Shown: positions 8,564-18,731 of the stretch, one piece after another
Numbering within the stretch: position 1 is the first letter of the stretch
Layout of the letters: every line of letters begins with the position of its first letter
Assembly (NCBI GenBank): GCA_023334545.1
Contig: JAADVB010000127.1
Coordinates: 1 to 52,088 of the forward strand
Source: Salisapilia sapeloensis CBS 127946
Taxonomy: Eukaryota; Protista; Oomycota
Direction: 5' to 3'
DNA: 52,088 nucleotides
The notes under the pieces: generated by a model
Told to the model about the DNA's origin: nothing
Seen by the model: only the letters and a program-made list of their open reading frames with translations
The model's database searches: none
Program-made: the position numbers and the translations under genes

Positions 8564-11152
8564 ATGGAGCCGAGTCAACCTCCGCTTTCGAACTTGAAGC
8601 CGACGCTTGGCGTCAAGTCTCCTGTCCTCAAGTCTGGCAGCGCCCACCGCTTTCAGAACAGCGGTCGGAACTTTAAAGTAGCGCCGGATACGATCCAGGC
8701 AAAGCAAGCACCGACACGGCATGAAAAAGTGTATGCGTTCCTCGAGAACAAGTATATTAGTGGCTTTCTTACGGTTTGCACGATCTTTGCTCTCTTCGGA
8801 GATGACATACGAGTGAGTGCATTGCCCATGTCGGCCGATATGACAGTGTATAACCTACTCTTTGCATGCTTCATCTTCTTCTTTCTCGAGTTGATCTTGA
8901 ATGTCTACTGCCGCCCGCGCTACTTTAACAATGGCACTGGATTTGCTTTTTATCTCGACATGGTGTCCACACTGTCGATTATTCCGGACGTAGGATGGAT
9001 TTGGTCGGAAGTTGTAAGTACAGACTCGTCTTCTGGTACGGATGCTGCTTTGAAAGCTGGTCGAGCCTCGAAAGCTGGATCGAAATCTGGACGAGTCGTT
9101 CGACTCGTGCGCTTGTTTCGCATGTTGCGAATACTACGAGTGCTCAAGAAGAACAAGAGTGAGGAAGCCGCATCGGTACGGGTATCCGAGCCTTCTAAGA
9201 TTGGTAAGACGTTGACTGAAAAGACGACTCGGCAGTTGATTGTGCTCGTTCTGCTCATCATCATCGTGTCTCCGATCATTGATGGAGCTGTCGATACTAC
9301 GCAGGACGATTTCCAAATTAACCAGTTTGACCGTCTTCATCACTACACGCAAGATTTTAACAAATCTAAAAGCATCCCATTCTCGAATATGAAAGCAATG
9401 GTGGAGAACTACGTGCGTGACTCGAATGGCTTAATTGTCGACATGACCATCCACGGAGTCCAGAACGATACGCTGGACGAGTGGCTTGCCAACTTAAAGT
9501 TCCAACCGGAAGATAGCGATAGTAACTCTGGATGGGATGTCACGGCACCTTACACGCTGGACGTGAATCCGATTACCGGTTGGAATTCAGTTAAGTACTT
9601 TAAGCGCTCTGCAGCATATGATCAATACCGTAGCACCGAGTTGTCCAAGATTTTGAAGGCTGGTTGCTACGTAGATGGCATATGCGTAGACTGTGAGGCC
9701 GAGACAAGCGACTGCCAATCCTGGGTTACCTATGATATTTCGTCGCACCGGAAAGAAGAAGCTGTGCTAAGTCTGATTAAGACGTTGCTGGTGATGGTCT
9801 GCCTTGGTGTGTCGATCTTGGTATTGACACGAGATGCTGAGCTCATGGTTATCGGACCCATTGAGCGTATGATGCGACTTGTCTCTCAGCTGGCAGCTAA
9901 TCCACTTGGAGCAACCGAAGCCAAGAAGGAGCTATATGAGACTGACGAAGCGGCAAATGAAGACTATGAGACGAAGATGCTGGAGACAACGCTCGGGAAG
10001 ATTGGTCGCTTACTGCAAGTCGGCTTTGGGGCTGCTGGCACGGAAATTATTGCGAAGAATATGGGCGGTGCTGGTGATCTGGATGTGATGATTCCGGGCA
10101 AGAAAATCTCGTCCATCTTTGGCTTTGGCATCATCGAACATTTTACAGAGACCTGTAGTCTGTTGGAGGAAGATGTCATCACCTATATCAACACGATTGC
10201 AGAGATCGTTCATAGTGACGCGCAAGTGTTCCACGGAGCTGCAAACAAAAACATTGGCGCTGCTTTCTTACTTGCCTGGAAAATATGTGATGGAGGGTTA
10301 CCAGGGATGCGAGATCCAAGAGATCCGATTGACAAGCCACGCATGACGGCAGCTGAGAAAGAAAAGAAGCGAGAAGGCATTTACATTAGAAGTGTAGGTG
10401 GCGTTGGTGTCAAGTCGAGACGTATCTCACCGTCGGAACTGGTAGACAGCGCATTGACGGCCGTGCTGAAGATGCGTGTTGACCTACACAACGCCAACAT
10501 GTCCGGGACACTGAACAAATATTGTTCAAACGCTAAGCTGACGACAGCTTTTGGTAGCGACTTTGAAACCCACCTTGGCTTTGGTCTGCACATGGGGTGG
10601 GCCATTGAAGGAGCTATTGGATCACGCTTCAAGATTGACGCATCATACTTGTCGCCGAATGTGAACATGGCTGCTAGACTTGAGGCTGCAACAGGGCAAT
10701 TCAGCGTACCGATGCTGTTATCCGAGTGGTTTGTAGATGAGTTGTCACCTGCCGCTCGCGGACTGTGCCGTAAGATCGATCGTGTCGCAGTGAAAGGCAG
10801 TGAGATTCCGATGGACCTGTGGACATTTGACATTGCTCACTATCCTTCGAATGGGGTGCCACCAGAGCTGCAGCCAGACGGAACGCAGAAGCCTGTGAGC
10901 TTTGCCAACGATCCGATCTACAAATCGTTGCAGGAAGGCATTCCAGCAGGCTTTTTTAACAACTTTCATCAAGGTATCGGGGCCTACTTTAGCGGTAGAT
11001 GGGAGCTAGCGCACGAAAAACTATCGACAGCAAATTCTTTATGGGAAGACGGGCCTTGCCAAGTGGTGATGACGGTCATGGAAACCGAAAGCAAAGGCAC
11101 GTTCAACGCACCGTCATGGTGGAAAGGCTTCCGACAACTGACTGAAAAATGA
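8564..11152 (+). CDS. Voltage-sensor (6-TM)/class III adenylyl cyclase fusion of the Paramecium-Plasmodium ACalpha type; both metal-binding Asp substituted
   Basis: First ATG at 8564. S1-S3 (TIFALFGDDIR, FYLDMVSTLS), S4 RVVRLVRLFRMLRILRVLK, EPSKIGKTLTE, VIGPIERM, YETKMLE, LQVGFG, cyclase GFGLHMGWAIEGAIGSRFKIDASYLSPNVNMAARLE, C-terminal TPR-like region ending WKGFRQLTEK. Confidence 0.9.
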   Translation: MEPSQPPLSNLKPTLGVKSPVLKSGSAHRFQNSGRNFKVAPDTIQAKQAPTRHEKVYAFLENKYISGFLTVCTIFALFGDDIRVSALPMSADMTVYNLLFACFIFFFLELILNVYCRPRYFNNGTGFAFYLDMVSTLSIIPDVGWIWSEVVSTDSSSGTDAALKAGRASKAGSKSGRVVRLVRLFRMLRILRVLKKNKSEEAASVRVSEPSKIGKTLTEKTTRQLIVLVLLIIIVSPIIDGAVDTTQDDFQINQFDRLHHYTQDFNKSKSIPFSNMKAMVENYVRDSNGLIVDMTIHGVQNDTLDEWLANLKFQPEDSDSNSGWDVTAPYTLDVNPITGWNSVKYFKRSAAYDQYRSTELSKILKAGCYVDGICVDCEAETSDCQSWVTYDISSHRKEEAVLSLIKTLLVMVCLGVSILVLTRDAELMVIGPIERMMRLVSQLAANPLGATEAKKELYETDEAANEDYETKMLETTLGKIGRLLQVGFGAAGTEIIAKNMGGAGDLDVMIPGKKISSIFGFGIIEHFTETCSLLEEDVITYINTIAEIVHSDAQVFHGAANKNIGAAFLLAWKICDGGLPGMRDPRDPIDKPRMTAAEKEKKREGIYIRSVGGVGVKSRRISPSELVDSALTAVLKMRVDLHNANMSGTLNKYCSNAKLTTAFGSDFETHLGFGLHMGWAIEGAIGSRFKIDASYLSPNVNMAARLEAATGQFSVPMLLSEWFVDELSPAARGLCRKIDRVAVKGSEIPMDLWTFDIAHYPSNGVPPELQPDGTQKPVSFANDPIYKSLQEGIPAGFFNNFHQGIGAYFSGRWELAHEKLSTANSLWEDGPCQVVMTVMETESKGTFNAPSWWKGFRQLTEK

Positions 11153-11206
11153 CTTGACAAGGCCAATGCATCATGTATTTTAACTCCTCTTTTCGTTTTC
11201 GTCAGA

Positions 11207-13774
11207 CTACTTTTCGACTTGCTCATGCTTTCGTTTCTGACGGCTAGTTTTCTTCGAAGTACGTCGCAAAGTCTTTGCATGCTCTAACTCTTGATACGCA
11301 AGTATCTCTAGCAGATCGTGCAAGGACATGTGGACGGACTTGCATGAATCTCGATTGCACTTCTTCAAAGTGTACAAATCTTCGTCGTTTAGGCCTTCAA
11401 TATTTCTACAGAGAGGAAAATTCGGTTTAACAACCTTTCCATATAGCTTTCCTTTGTTTTTGAAAGCAGCCGTGGCATCAGAGTTTGCTCGCAAGCTCTC
11501 AAACTTTTGCAATTGCCATCCCCCGAAAGATCCTTTTGCCGTGTTGCGTGGTACCGGCGTCAATCGAAAGTGAATATTCGTGCACACTCGGCCAGCGCTC
11601 ATGCGAGGACACACACCAGATTTTAAAAAGCCTTGACAGTACGTTGCGACGAAGAATGTATAAGGAACGACGTTCTCGATATAGGTCCATTTCGGTAGGA
11701 CGTAGCCGATAGATTTAGCTAGGCTTTTGTTATGGCTTAGAGGGTCATCGCTGACGACGTTGTTGACTCTGGAGTACAAGTCCAAGATGGAGGTCGTCGA
11801 GTTCTCACTATCTGGACTTGAACATGAAGAGTAGATCTGAATGGACCTCCATTTGTATTCTGGCCGAACGAGATAGTCGCCACTTGGTAGACTGCAGACA
11901 GAGTCTATCACTTCAGAAATGACAGAAAAGTGGTCTGTTGGGCTGTTGGGTGCGTTAGTTATCATGTAGTATGGGTAGAAAGCATATGTAGAAGACATAC
12001 TCGAAGGAGTCCAGGACACGATGGCCTTCAGCGTCGGTAGAGATGGAATGGTAAAGAAGAGAAGACAATGACATCTTTTTCCACGACATGAGCTTGTTCT
12101 GCGGCGAGATGCGTGCCAAGAGTAGGTGAGAGCTGCCTCGTAGCCACGAGTGAAGCCACATGCGACGCTTTTCACTCGGAGAAATCTGTTCATTGATGCC
12201 AAGAGGAGTATAGTCCACTTTTGCAAAGATACTGATTGGATCCATTCTCTTCTCTTCTGCTTTCGCCTTGTCTTTCGGCAGCCGAAAACTTGTATTGCAA
12301 CGAATGAGAAGCCGCTTGTCCCCAATCGTCCATACGTGATACGAAGTCTGACCTTTTGTTTCTTCCTCTTTCTACATTTCTGCATATCATGACATATACG
12401 ATGGCAGACTAGTAAAAAAAAGTACCTCGAGATAGTTATGGATGCTGGTGGTTGCAGCTTCAGCAATCTTGCCTCGAGGTAGTGCTTCGCCAGCGAGCAG
12501 CGTGGAGTCAAAGTACACACATTTGTGGGATTCATTTTGCCGATGGGGTGAGCTCACCACACGCGTTTTCACTGGGATTGCCCACGGTTGTACCTGTACG
12601 TATCCACAAGTCAGGTTCGGCTAGAGATATATGTAGATGCAGACGTACGTTATCCAGCTCTGGTCTGGTGTCCAGACAGGAGTCAAACAATTGAGCGAGA
12701 GTGGAAGCGGAAATGACGGCATCGCATGCATAGAGATCGGCCAGTCGCTCAGCTTCCAAGTCAGTAGAGGCGATGCTGTCATTTACAACTGCGCTGCCTG
12801 TGTCATTGAGCGGAATGTCTGTTGGAAGGGCAGAGGCATCTAGCTCTTGGAGATTGCCATGAGTGGCCACCTGTTGCTCGTGCTTGAGCATGGCATTTTT
12901 TGTCTTTAACTGACTATTCTGTGATAGCTTGACTTCAGCACTCGGCTCAAAATATCGTGGATATAATCGGTAAGCATCGTTTTGGCAGGCTTGGAGTCTT
13001 CGATCATACTGTGTCATACATTGAGCTAAATGCATAAAGTAGGTGCAAATATTAAAGAAGTATGTACATGAAGCTGAGCACTTTCGGGAACGTATGCGTA
13101 TGTCTCGCCAGAATTGCGTCGAGCTTCTGCTTGAAAAAACAAAAAGAAATGTTCCTAAGAATCCAGTAGCATTCATAAATATAAGCATAACGTAGTGAGA
13201 AAAGAGTTGGAATACCTGCTCTGTTCGGACCGAGTCGTGCAACTTCTGCCACTCCTTCTGATCTTCGCTAGTAAGTGCCAAAAGAGCACTAAGGCCACTC
13301 TACTCGTTTCAAACCATGTCAGAATTATGCTGTACTATAGAGAAATGCGATAGCTCTATAAATGTTTATGCGCACCTTTTGAGCGTTCGCTTTCTTTTCT
13401 AACAGCTCTAGGTATCGTTGATGCTGGTGCCTTGGCAAAGTGGAGTGACGCCGAAGTAGATTGGATGCGGACACGACCGATGTTTCATTGTTGATGTCTC
13501 TGGCGTACTCCATGAGTTTGCAAAGAAGGTGGTTGCTTGCAGCATCCGGTTTATTGCTAGTGAATGACTTGTTTAGGCTTTCCACTGACCCATCGCACAC
13601 ACCATGCCGAGCTTTCCACTGCGCCTCCAGCTGATATCGCTGTCCAAACGCAGAAAAATTCTGGTAATCTGCTTTCGTCAGTCGGTCGGATCTGAACATG
13701 GACTGCACGTCCGATATCATAAAGACTGGCAGTGGTGGCAGGAAAGGATTGCCATCAGGTGCTTGTTTGACCAT
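11207..13774 (-). CDS. ICE2/NARG2 (little elongation complex subunit 2)-like protein with extra C-terminal CCCH-type fingers, 7 exons
   Basis: Introns 13375-13300, 13215-13155, 13067-13009, 12648-12594, 12425-12372 and 12000-11943 (all GT-AG, 54-76 nt) give one continuous frame. Blocks resembling ICE2: RYLELL, EQEHFFLFFQ..RRLQACQNDAYRLYPRYF, VISASTLAQLF..WAIPV, YHVWTIGDKRLLIRC, AKVDY..ISPSEKRRMWLHSWL, VCSLPSGDYLV..IQIY, WTYIENVVPYTF. Confidence 0.7.
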
Positions 13775-13944
13775 TTCGGCACTTTCTTGTCAGAATATGT
13801 TGTCAGATAAATACACATCTATGTATTCTTAAAAGAAAATATAATATAAAACTTAGTAAAGTCATTTATGAATATTTCTGTTTTGAGCTGTACAAATAGT
13901 AATTGGTGACGTTTGCTGTGACGATTACATCCAGCCGACGAGTA

Positions 13945-13977
13945 GACATATTGAGCTCAAGTTGAGCTCAATATGTC
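13945..13977. repeat. Perfect 33-bp palindrome (16-bp arms, 1-nt spacer) between the RPB2 3' end and the ICE2-like start
   Basis: GACATATTGAGCTCAA-G-TTGAGCTCAATATGTC; the arms are exact reverse complements and each contains the self-palindrome TTGAGCTCAA. Confidence 0.9.
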
Positions 13978-14135
13978 AGCAGTAACTATTGCTGTCTTCA
14001 CGAATTGCAACTAACGCCTTCTGCATGTGCTACCAAATCAAGTCGAGACGTATCATGCAATTTGGATACCATCCTAGAAATCACGACGAGTAAACTGAAT
14101 ATGCCTCGTTCCTTTTATTCTCCCTATTGTGAACG

Positions 14136-17100
14136 TTACGAGGCTTGCGGCGCGTTCGGGTTTCCTAGCGTAAACAGTCTCGGGGCAATGCTCATGGCCA
14201 TGAGTTCCTGGAAGAGCAGCTTGCAACTGTACGGGATGTGGACTTGCGAGATCTGAGTCTTGTTCCGGCACGTCCGGCACTCGAACGTCATTTTGCGCAG
14301 ATTCGCGATCGCGATGATGCCGCACAAGTCGCACACATGGACACGGTAGGCATCCGAGTTGGCAAAGAGTCGGTCCATGAGGAAGTTGGCCGACCCGTGA
14401 CTGATGAGACAATCGCGCTCCATCTCGCCCATTCGCAGTCCACCTTCTCTCGCTCGTCCTTCCATCGGCTGACGCGTGAGCATCGTGACGGGGCCTCGAG
14501 ACCGCGAGTGGATCTTGTCGTCAACCATATGCTTCAGTCGCTGGTAGAACGTCGGTCCGATGAAGATCTGGGCTGTCAACGGTCGTCCCGTGTGGCCAGA
14601 GTAGAGCACCTCGTTTCCATGGCGCTGATACCCGAGATGGTGGAGCGTGTCGGCAATGGCCTGCACCGTCACATCCGTGAAGGGCGTGGCATCTCCCTCG
14701 TCACCGGTCTGGGAAGACACCTTACCTAGGAGACACTCAACCAAGTGGCCGACTGTCATACGCGACGGAATGGCGTGGGGGTTGACGATGATATCGGGCG
14801 TGATGCCTTCGACCGTGAACGGCAAGTCTTCCTGTCTGTACGTCATTCCGATCGTTCCCTTCTGTCCGTGCCGAGAAGCAAACTTGTCTCCGATCTGCGG
14901 GATACGAATGTTGCGGAAACGGACCTTGGTGAATTTGAACCCTTCGGCGTTGGTCGTGAGCATGACGCTGTCGATGATCCCGTTCTCGTGCGACCGGAGA
15001 CTTGTGCTGGCGTCTCGTTTCTGGTGACGCATCTCGATGGAACTGTCTTCGCTCACGGGCAGCGGACTCGTCTTGCCAATGATAATGTCGTTTCCACTCA
15101 CACGCGTGCCTGGCGCCACCAGTCCATCGTTATCGAGCTTGTGGTAGCTTCCGTGCTTGAGGCCAAGACAGTCTTCTCTCGTGGGTTTCTCAAACTCTTC
15201 GCAATTGGCGCCTCCGACGACAGCCGAGCCTCCATGCGGCGTCTTGTTCCGCTCCTGATCGACGTAGCAGCGGTAGAAGGTGGATCGGAAGAGTCCTCGG
15301 TCGATAGCGCTCTGGTTCATAATGAGCGAATCCTCCTGGTTGTATCCAGTGTAGGACGCAATGGCGACGATGGCGTTGATGCCTGACGGGAGTTCTCGGA
15401 AGTGGAGGTACTCCATGGCTCGAGTCGTCACGAGAGGCTTCTGCGGGTAGTTGAGGACGTTGGCCATCGTGTCCATTCGCGCTCGGAAGTTGGAGCTGTA
15501 GATGCCCATGGCCTGCTTGCCCATGGCACTCTGGTACGTGTTTCGAGGACTCTGGTTATGGTCCGGGAACGGAATGATGCTAGCACAGATGCCCAAGATC
15601 ATGCTTGGATGGATCTCGCAGTGCGTGTACGTTTGGTTCGCAGCGCCAATGTCCTTGGGCTCCATAGCGATCATACACACCTCCTCTTCCTCCGTATCGA
15701 TGAGCTCCACCACGCCGTCTGTCAAGAGGTTGTGCCACCTGTAGTTGGTGATCTTGTGGTTCTGGAGCTTGACCACTTGCTCCTTCATGAGCAAGAGCTG
15801 GTTGTCCTCGACGATGAACAGCGGACGGCAGACACGTCCAGCGTCCGTGTAGATCCGCAGCTCTTTGCTCATGAGGTCGTGGATGACGCTCACTTCTGCA
15901 TCGATGTCGACGCATCGACGCAGACTACGCAGCGTCCGCACCAATTCATTCGGTTCTCGATGCACGCCAACCCAGTTGCCGTTCACAAAAATCTTGGTGG
16001 CATGCGGAATGATCTGCGGCTTGATCTCCTCCAGATTCTCCGTTGCCCACTCCTCTAGGAACTCTAGAATCGGCGCCTGCGGACTGCCGACACTAATGTA
16101 CGCCATGAGCGCCAGGTTCTTCACCAGTCCCACAGCCTGTCCTTCCGGCGTCTCGGCTGGACAGATCATTCCCCAATGCGTATTGTGCAGCTGTCGAGGC
16201 TGAGCCTGCTTTCCTTCTCGCCCCAACGGCGTGTTCAGACGACGCAGATGAGACAGACTACTGGCGTAGGTGAGTCGGTTGAGCACTTGGGAGACACCAG
16301 ACTTGCTCGCACTCTTCTGCATACCCCAGTTACCAGTAGCGAGCGAGTACCGAAGGCCGTTTGTGATCGTACGAGAGCGGATGGCCAACGTCAGATTGAA
16401 GTCCTTGCCGTGGTCGACACACTTTTGGAGGAATCCCTTGACATCTCGCGTGAGTTTCTTGAAGAGGATGCGGAAGAGGCCGCCGAGGAGCGGACCGGCG
16501 AGATCCAGTCGCTTGTTTCCGTAGTGATCTCGGTCGTCCTCTCCGATTCGACCGAGGGAACACATGAGCAGCTTGTGAACAACGTAGCCTAAAAAGTAGG
16601 CCTTTTTCGTCTCGTTATGGTCTTCGACACCGACGTGCGGCAGCATCTCTTTCTGTAAAACGTCCTGTGCGTACCGAATTCGGTCTTTCTTGCTCACGTT
16701 GATGGCACTGCCTCGCCTTCCGATAAAGTCTAGCGCCACCTCTTGCTCCTGGATGACAAAGGCTTCTTCGAGACTTGGTTTAAAGCGCTCCATGAGCTCC
16801 ACGTCGGAAAAGTCGTAGCAAATGTGCTCTAGAATCTCTCGGTCAGCCACGAATCCCAGCGCGCGGAAGATGATGACGACGGGAATATCCTGACGAATGT
16901 ACGGAATGACGGATCGGATCTGGTTGCCAGTGATAGCGCTCTTCCCGCCGCTCTTCTGGTGCATCTGGACGTACATCGTCGACGTGGGACGGACGCCGTG
17001 CTCCACGTGACTGCGCGTCTCGCACACCCAGCTGTACTTGCTGGCGCCGCTCTTGCGGAAGCAATAGACGTGGTTGTTACTCATGCGCTCCTGGGCGATG

Positions 17101-17747
17101 AGGACCTTTTCACTGCCATTAATGATAAAGTAACCTCCCTGGTCGTACACGCACTCGTTCAATTCCGTCAGTTCCTTGTCCGTCTTATGCGTCAGGACGC
17201 AGTACTGGGATCGGAGCATGATCGGGACCATACCGATAAACTCTTTCGGCGTCTCTACTTGATCAAACGGCTCCATCTCGTCCAAATTGGCAATAGTGCC
17301 ACTCGCCGGCGCATTGAACTTTTGGCACACAACATCAACGTACAGGGGCGCAGAGTACGTGAGGTTTCGCAGACGCGCTTCGTGTGGAAACATGACGCTC
17401 GTGGATCCGTCGGCCTCGGTCATGGTCGGCTTTGACAGGTAGATCTGACCGAACGAGACGTTGTAGATGGTGTCTGTCTGTGCCTTGGCGCCTCCTGGCG
17501 CGTACTGCGCCTCTGGACTGATGCGAATGGACCGGGAGTCGTCGACGAGTTCTTGCATCGTGTTCTGGATGAACTCGTCGAACGAGTCGAGCTGCTGTCG
17601 GACAAGTCCTTTCTCTTCAAAATAGGAGCTAATGACGGCCCACGCATCTTCCTGCGAGACCGTCGCGCCCTGTGAGAGACCGGAGAAGCCGGTGTCTCCT
17701 TCGCCCTCCCAATTCATCTTTTCGCTTGTGAACGGATCTGGCGCCAC
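14136..17747 (-). CDS. RPB2: DNA-directed RNA polymerase II second-largest subunit, single exon, 1203 aa
   Basis: [74 protein letters not shown]-terminal zinc finger CDLC...CRTC. Confidence 0.99.
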   Translation of the reverse strand: MAPDPFTSEKMNWEGEGDTGFSGLSQGATVSQEDAWAVISSYFEEKGLVRQQLDSFDEFIQNTMQELVDDSRSIRISPEAQYAPGGAKAQTDTIYNVSFGQIYLSKPTMTEADGSTSVMFPHEARLRNLTYSAPLYVDVVCQKFNAPASGTIANLDEMEPFDQVETPKEFIGMVPIMLRSQYCVLTHKTDKELTELNECVYDQGGYFIINGSEKVLIAQERMSNNHVYCFRKSGASKYSWVCETRSHVEHGVRPTSTMYVQMHQKSGGKSAITGNQIRSVIPYIRQDIPVVIIFRALGFVADREILEHICYDFSDVELMERFKPSLEEAFVIQEQEVALDFIGRRGSAINVSKKDRIRYAQDVLQKEMLPHVGVEDHNETKKAYFLGYVVHKLLMCSLGRIGEDDRDHYGNKRLDLAGPLLGGLFRILFKKLTRDVKGFLQKCVDHGKDFNLTLAIRSRTITNGLRYSLATGNWGMQKSASKSGVSQVLNRLTYASSLSHLRRLNTPLGREGKQAQPRQLHNTHWGMICPAETPEGQAVGLVKNLALMAYISVGSPQAPILEFLEEWATENLEEIKPQIIPHATKIFVNGNWVGVHREPNELVRTLRSLRRCVDIDAEVSVIHDLMSKELRIYTDAGRVCRPLFIVEDNQLLLMKEQVVKLQNHKITNYRWHNLLTDGVVELIDTEEEEVCMIAMEPKDIGAANQTYTHCEIHPSMILGICASIIPFPDHNQSPRNTYQSAMGKQAMGIYSSNFRARMDTMANVLNYPQKPLVTTRAMEYLHFRELPSGINAIVAIASYTGYNQEDSLIMNQSAIDRGLFRSTFYRCYVDQERNKTPHGGSAVVGGANCEEFEKPTREDCLGLKHGSYHKLDNDGLVAPGTRVSGNDIIIGKTSPLPVSEDSSIEMRHQKRDASTSLRSHENGIIDSVMLTTNAEGFKFTKVRFRNIRIPQIGDKFASRHGQKGTIGMTYRQEDLPFTVEGITPDIIVNPHAIPSRMTVGHLVECLLGKVSSQTGDEGDATPFTDVTVQAIADTLHHLGYQRHGNEVLYSGHTGRPLTAQIFIGPTFYQRLKHMVDDKIHSRSRGPVTMLTRQPMEGRAREGGLRMGEMERDCLISHGSANFLMDRLFANSDAYRVHVCDLCGIIAIANLRKMTFECRTCRNKTQISQVHIPYSCKLLFQELMAMSIAPRLFTLGNPNAPQAS

Positions 17748-17784
17748 TGGATTTTACGAACGAATTAGATTTTCTAAGCATTTG

Positions 17785-17789
17785 ATTGG
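17785..17789 (-). promoter_or_regulatory. Candidate CCAAT box for RPB2, just outside the left MITE end
   Basis: ATTGG on + (CCAAT on -), about 40 nt upstream of the RPB2 ATG at 17747. Confidence 0.3.
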
Positions 17790-17815
17790 ATGGATTCGAA
17801 TATGGCGTTTCTGAG

Positions 17816-18545
17816 GGACTTTTTCCAAAAATGAGTGCTCTTTTATTAATTGTTCCAAAAGTGGTACAAAAGTGTCAAAAGTGGGTGCTATTTTGACAAC
17901 CGGGGACGCTTACCCACCTAGGCTGAAACTTACCAAAAGTGGATACTCGTAATACTAAAACATACCAAAAGTGGGGCCTTCCTTCAGATATACCAATGGC
18001 ACAGATCCATATAAAACGCCTAATTCCAGTCTTTCTTGTATTTTTCTTGCTGCTTCAAGTCGATGGAGAAGCAACGTGTTGAAGTTAGGTCGAAGGTAGC
18101 TTCAAAGTGAGAGCGAAGGATAACAAGGAAGAAGTTCACAGCGCTAATCAATAGCAAGAAGAGTAGATTATACTAGAGCGATTGAATACATCCTTCGTTA
18201 ACATTTTACTCCTACTTCTGCACCTGTGTATGCGTGACCACCTTCGTCCCTTTGGGCTCTTTTAAACACTAAGATTCCTTGCTATCTTTCGCATGTGTCT
18301 TGATTCATCTACCTCCGTCAGAGATCTAACTCCAGCCTGGTATTTAAATTTTGCCTTAATAATCATCTCTTTCATCAATAAAAGTGTCAATGGTGGGTAT
18401 CCTCCTGTCCAATCTTTCCAATCGTGGGTGCTCTGATGTCTATCATTGACAAGTATCCACTTCTAGCCTCGGGCATCCACTTTTGACACTCTTGTACCAC
18501 CTTTGGAACAATTAATTAAATAGTACCCACTTTTGGAAAAAGCCC
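17816..18545. mobile_element. Non-autonomous DNA transposon (MITE, probably Mutator-like), ~730 bp
   Basis: 17815-17888 and 18473-18546 are inverted repeats, 65/74 identical without gaps. Internal repeats of CAAAAGTGG. Flanks GTTTCTGAG (17807-17815) and CAATCTGAG (18546-18554) match 6/9 in register, consistent with a decayed 9-bp TSD. No transposase ORF inside. Confidence 0.75.
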
Positions 18546-18567
18546 CAATCTGAGCCAGCTTCATTAA

Positions 18568-18578
18568 TAGCCAATCAG
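18568..18578 (+). promoter_or_regulatory. Candidate CCAAT box for the CH-domain gene, just outside the right MITE end
   Basis: TAGCCAATCAG, about 160 nt upstream of the ATG at 18732. Confidence 0.35.
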
Positions 18579-18731
18579 CGGGTGGCGATCGTCCGGTCGT
18601 GCATGTTACGAACTTACGAATTCAGTTGACTTGACTTGAGTAAGACGGTAGCAGTTACGTGCTATACATGGCTACGGCGGAGACGGTCTCACATCGCGTT
18701 ATTCGCTGAACCTCCCAACAGGCCGAAGAGC

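Noticed and set aside
11207-12535. 442-aa ORF as listed in the track
   Set aside because: Only its last ~245 codons are the true terminal exon; the 5' part runs through introns and out-of-frame exons of the ICE2-like gene.
14238-17435. Several long + strand ORFs (up to 218 aa) opposite RPB2
   Set aside because: Antisense shadows of a codon-biased gene; no recognisable motifs.
17816-18545. Repeated CAAAAGTGG units as a possible CRISPR-like array
   Set aside because: Short, irregularly spaced, mirrored on both strands and confined to TIR/subterminal regions; eukaryotic context; explained as a MITE.
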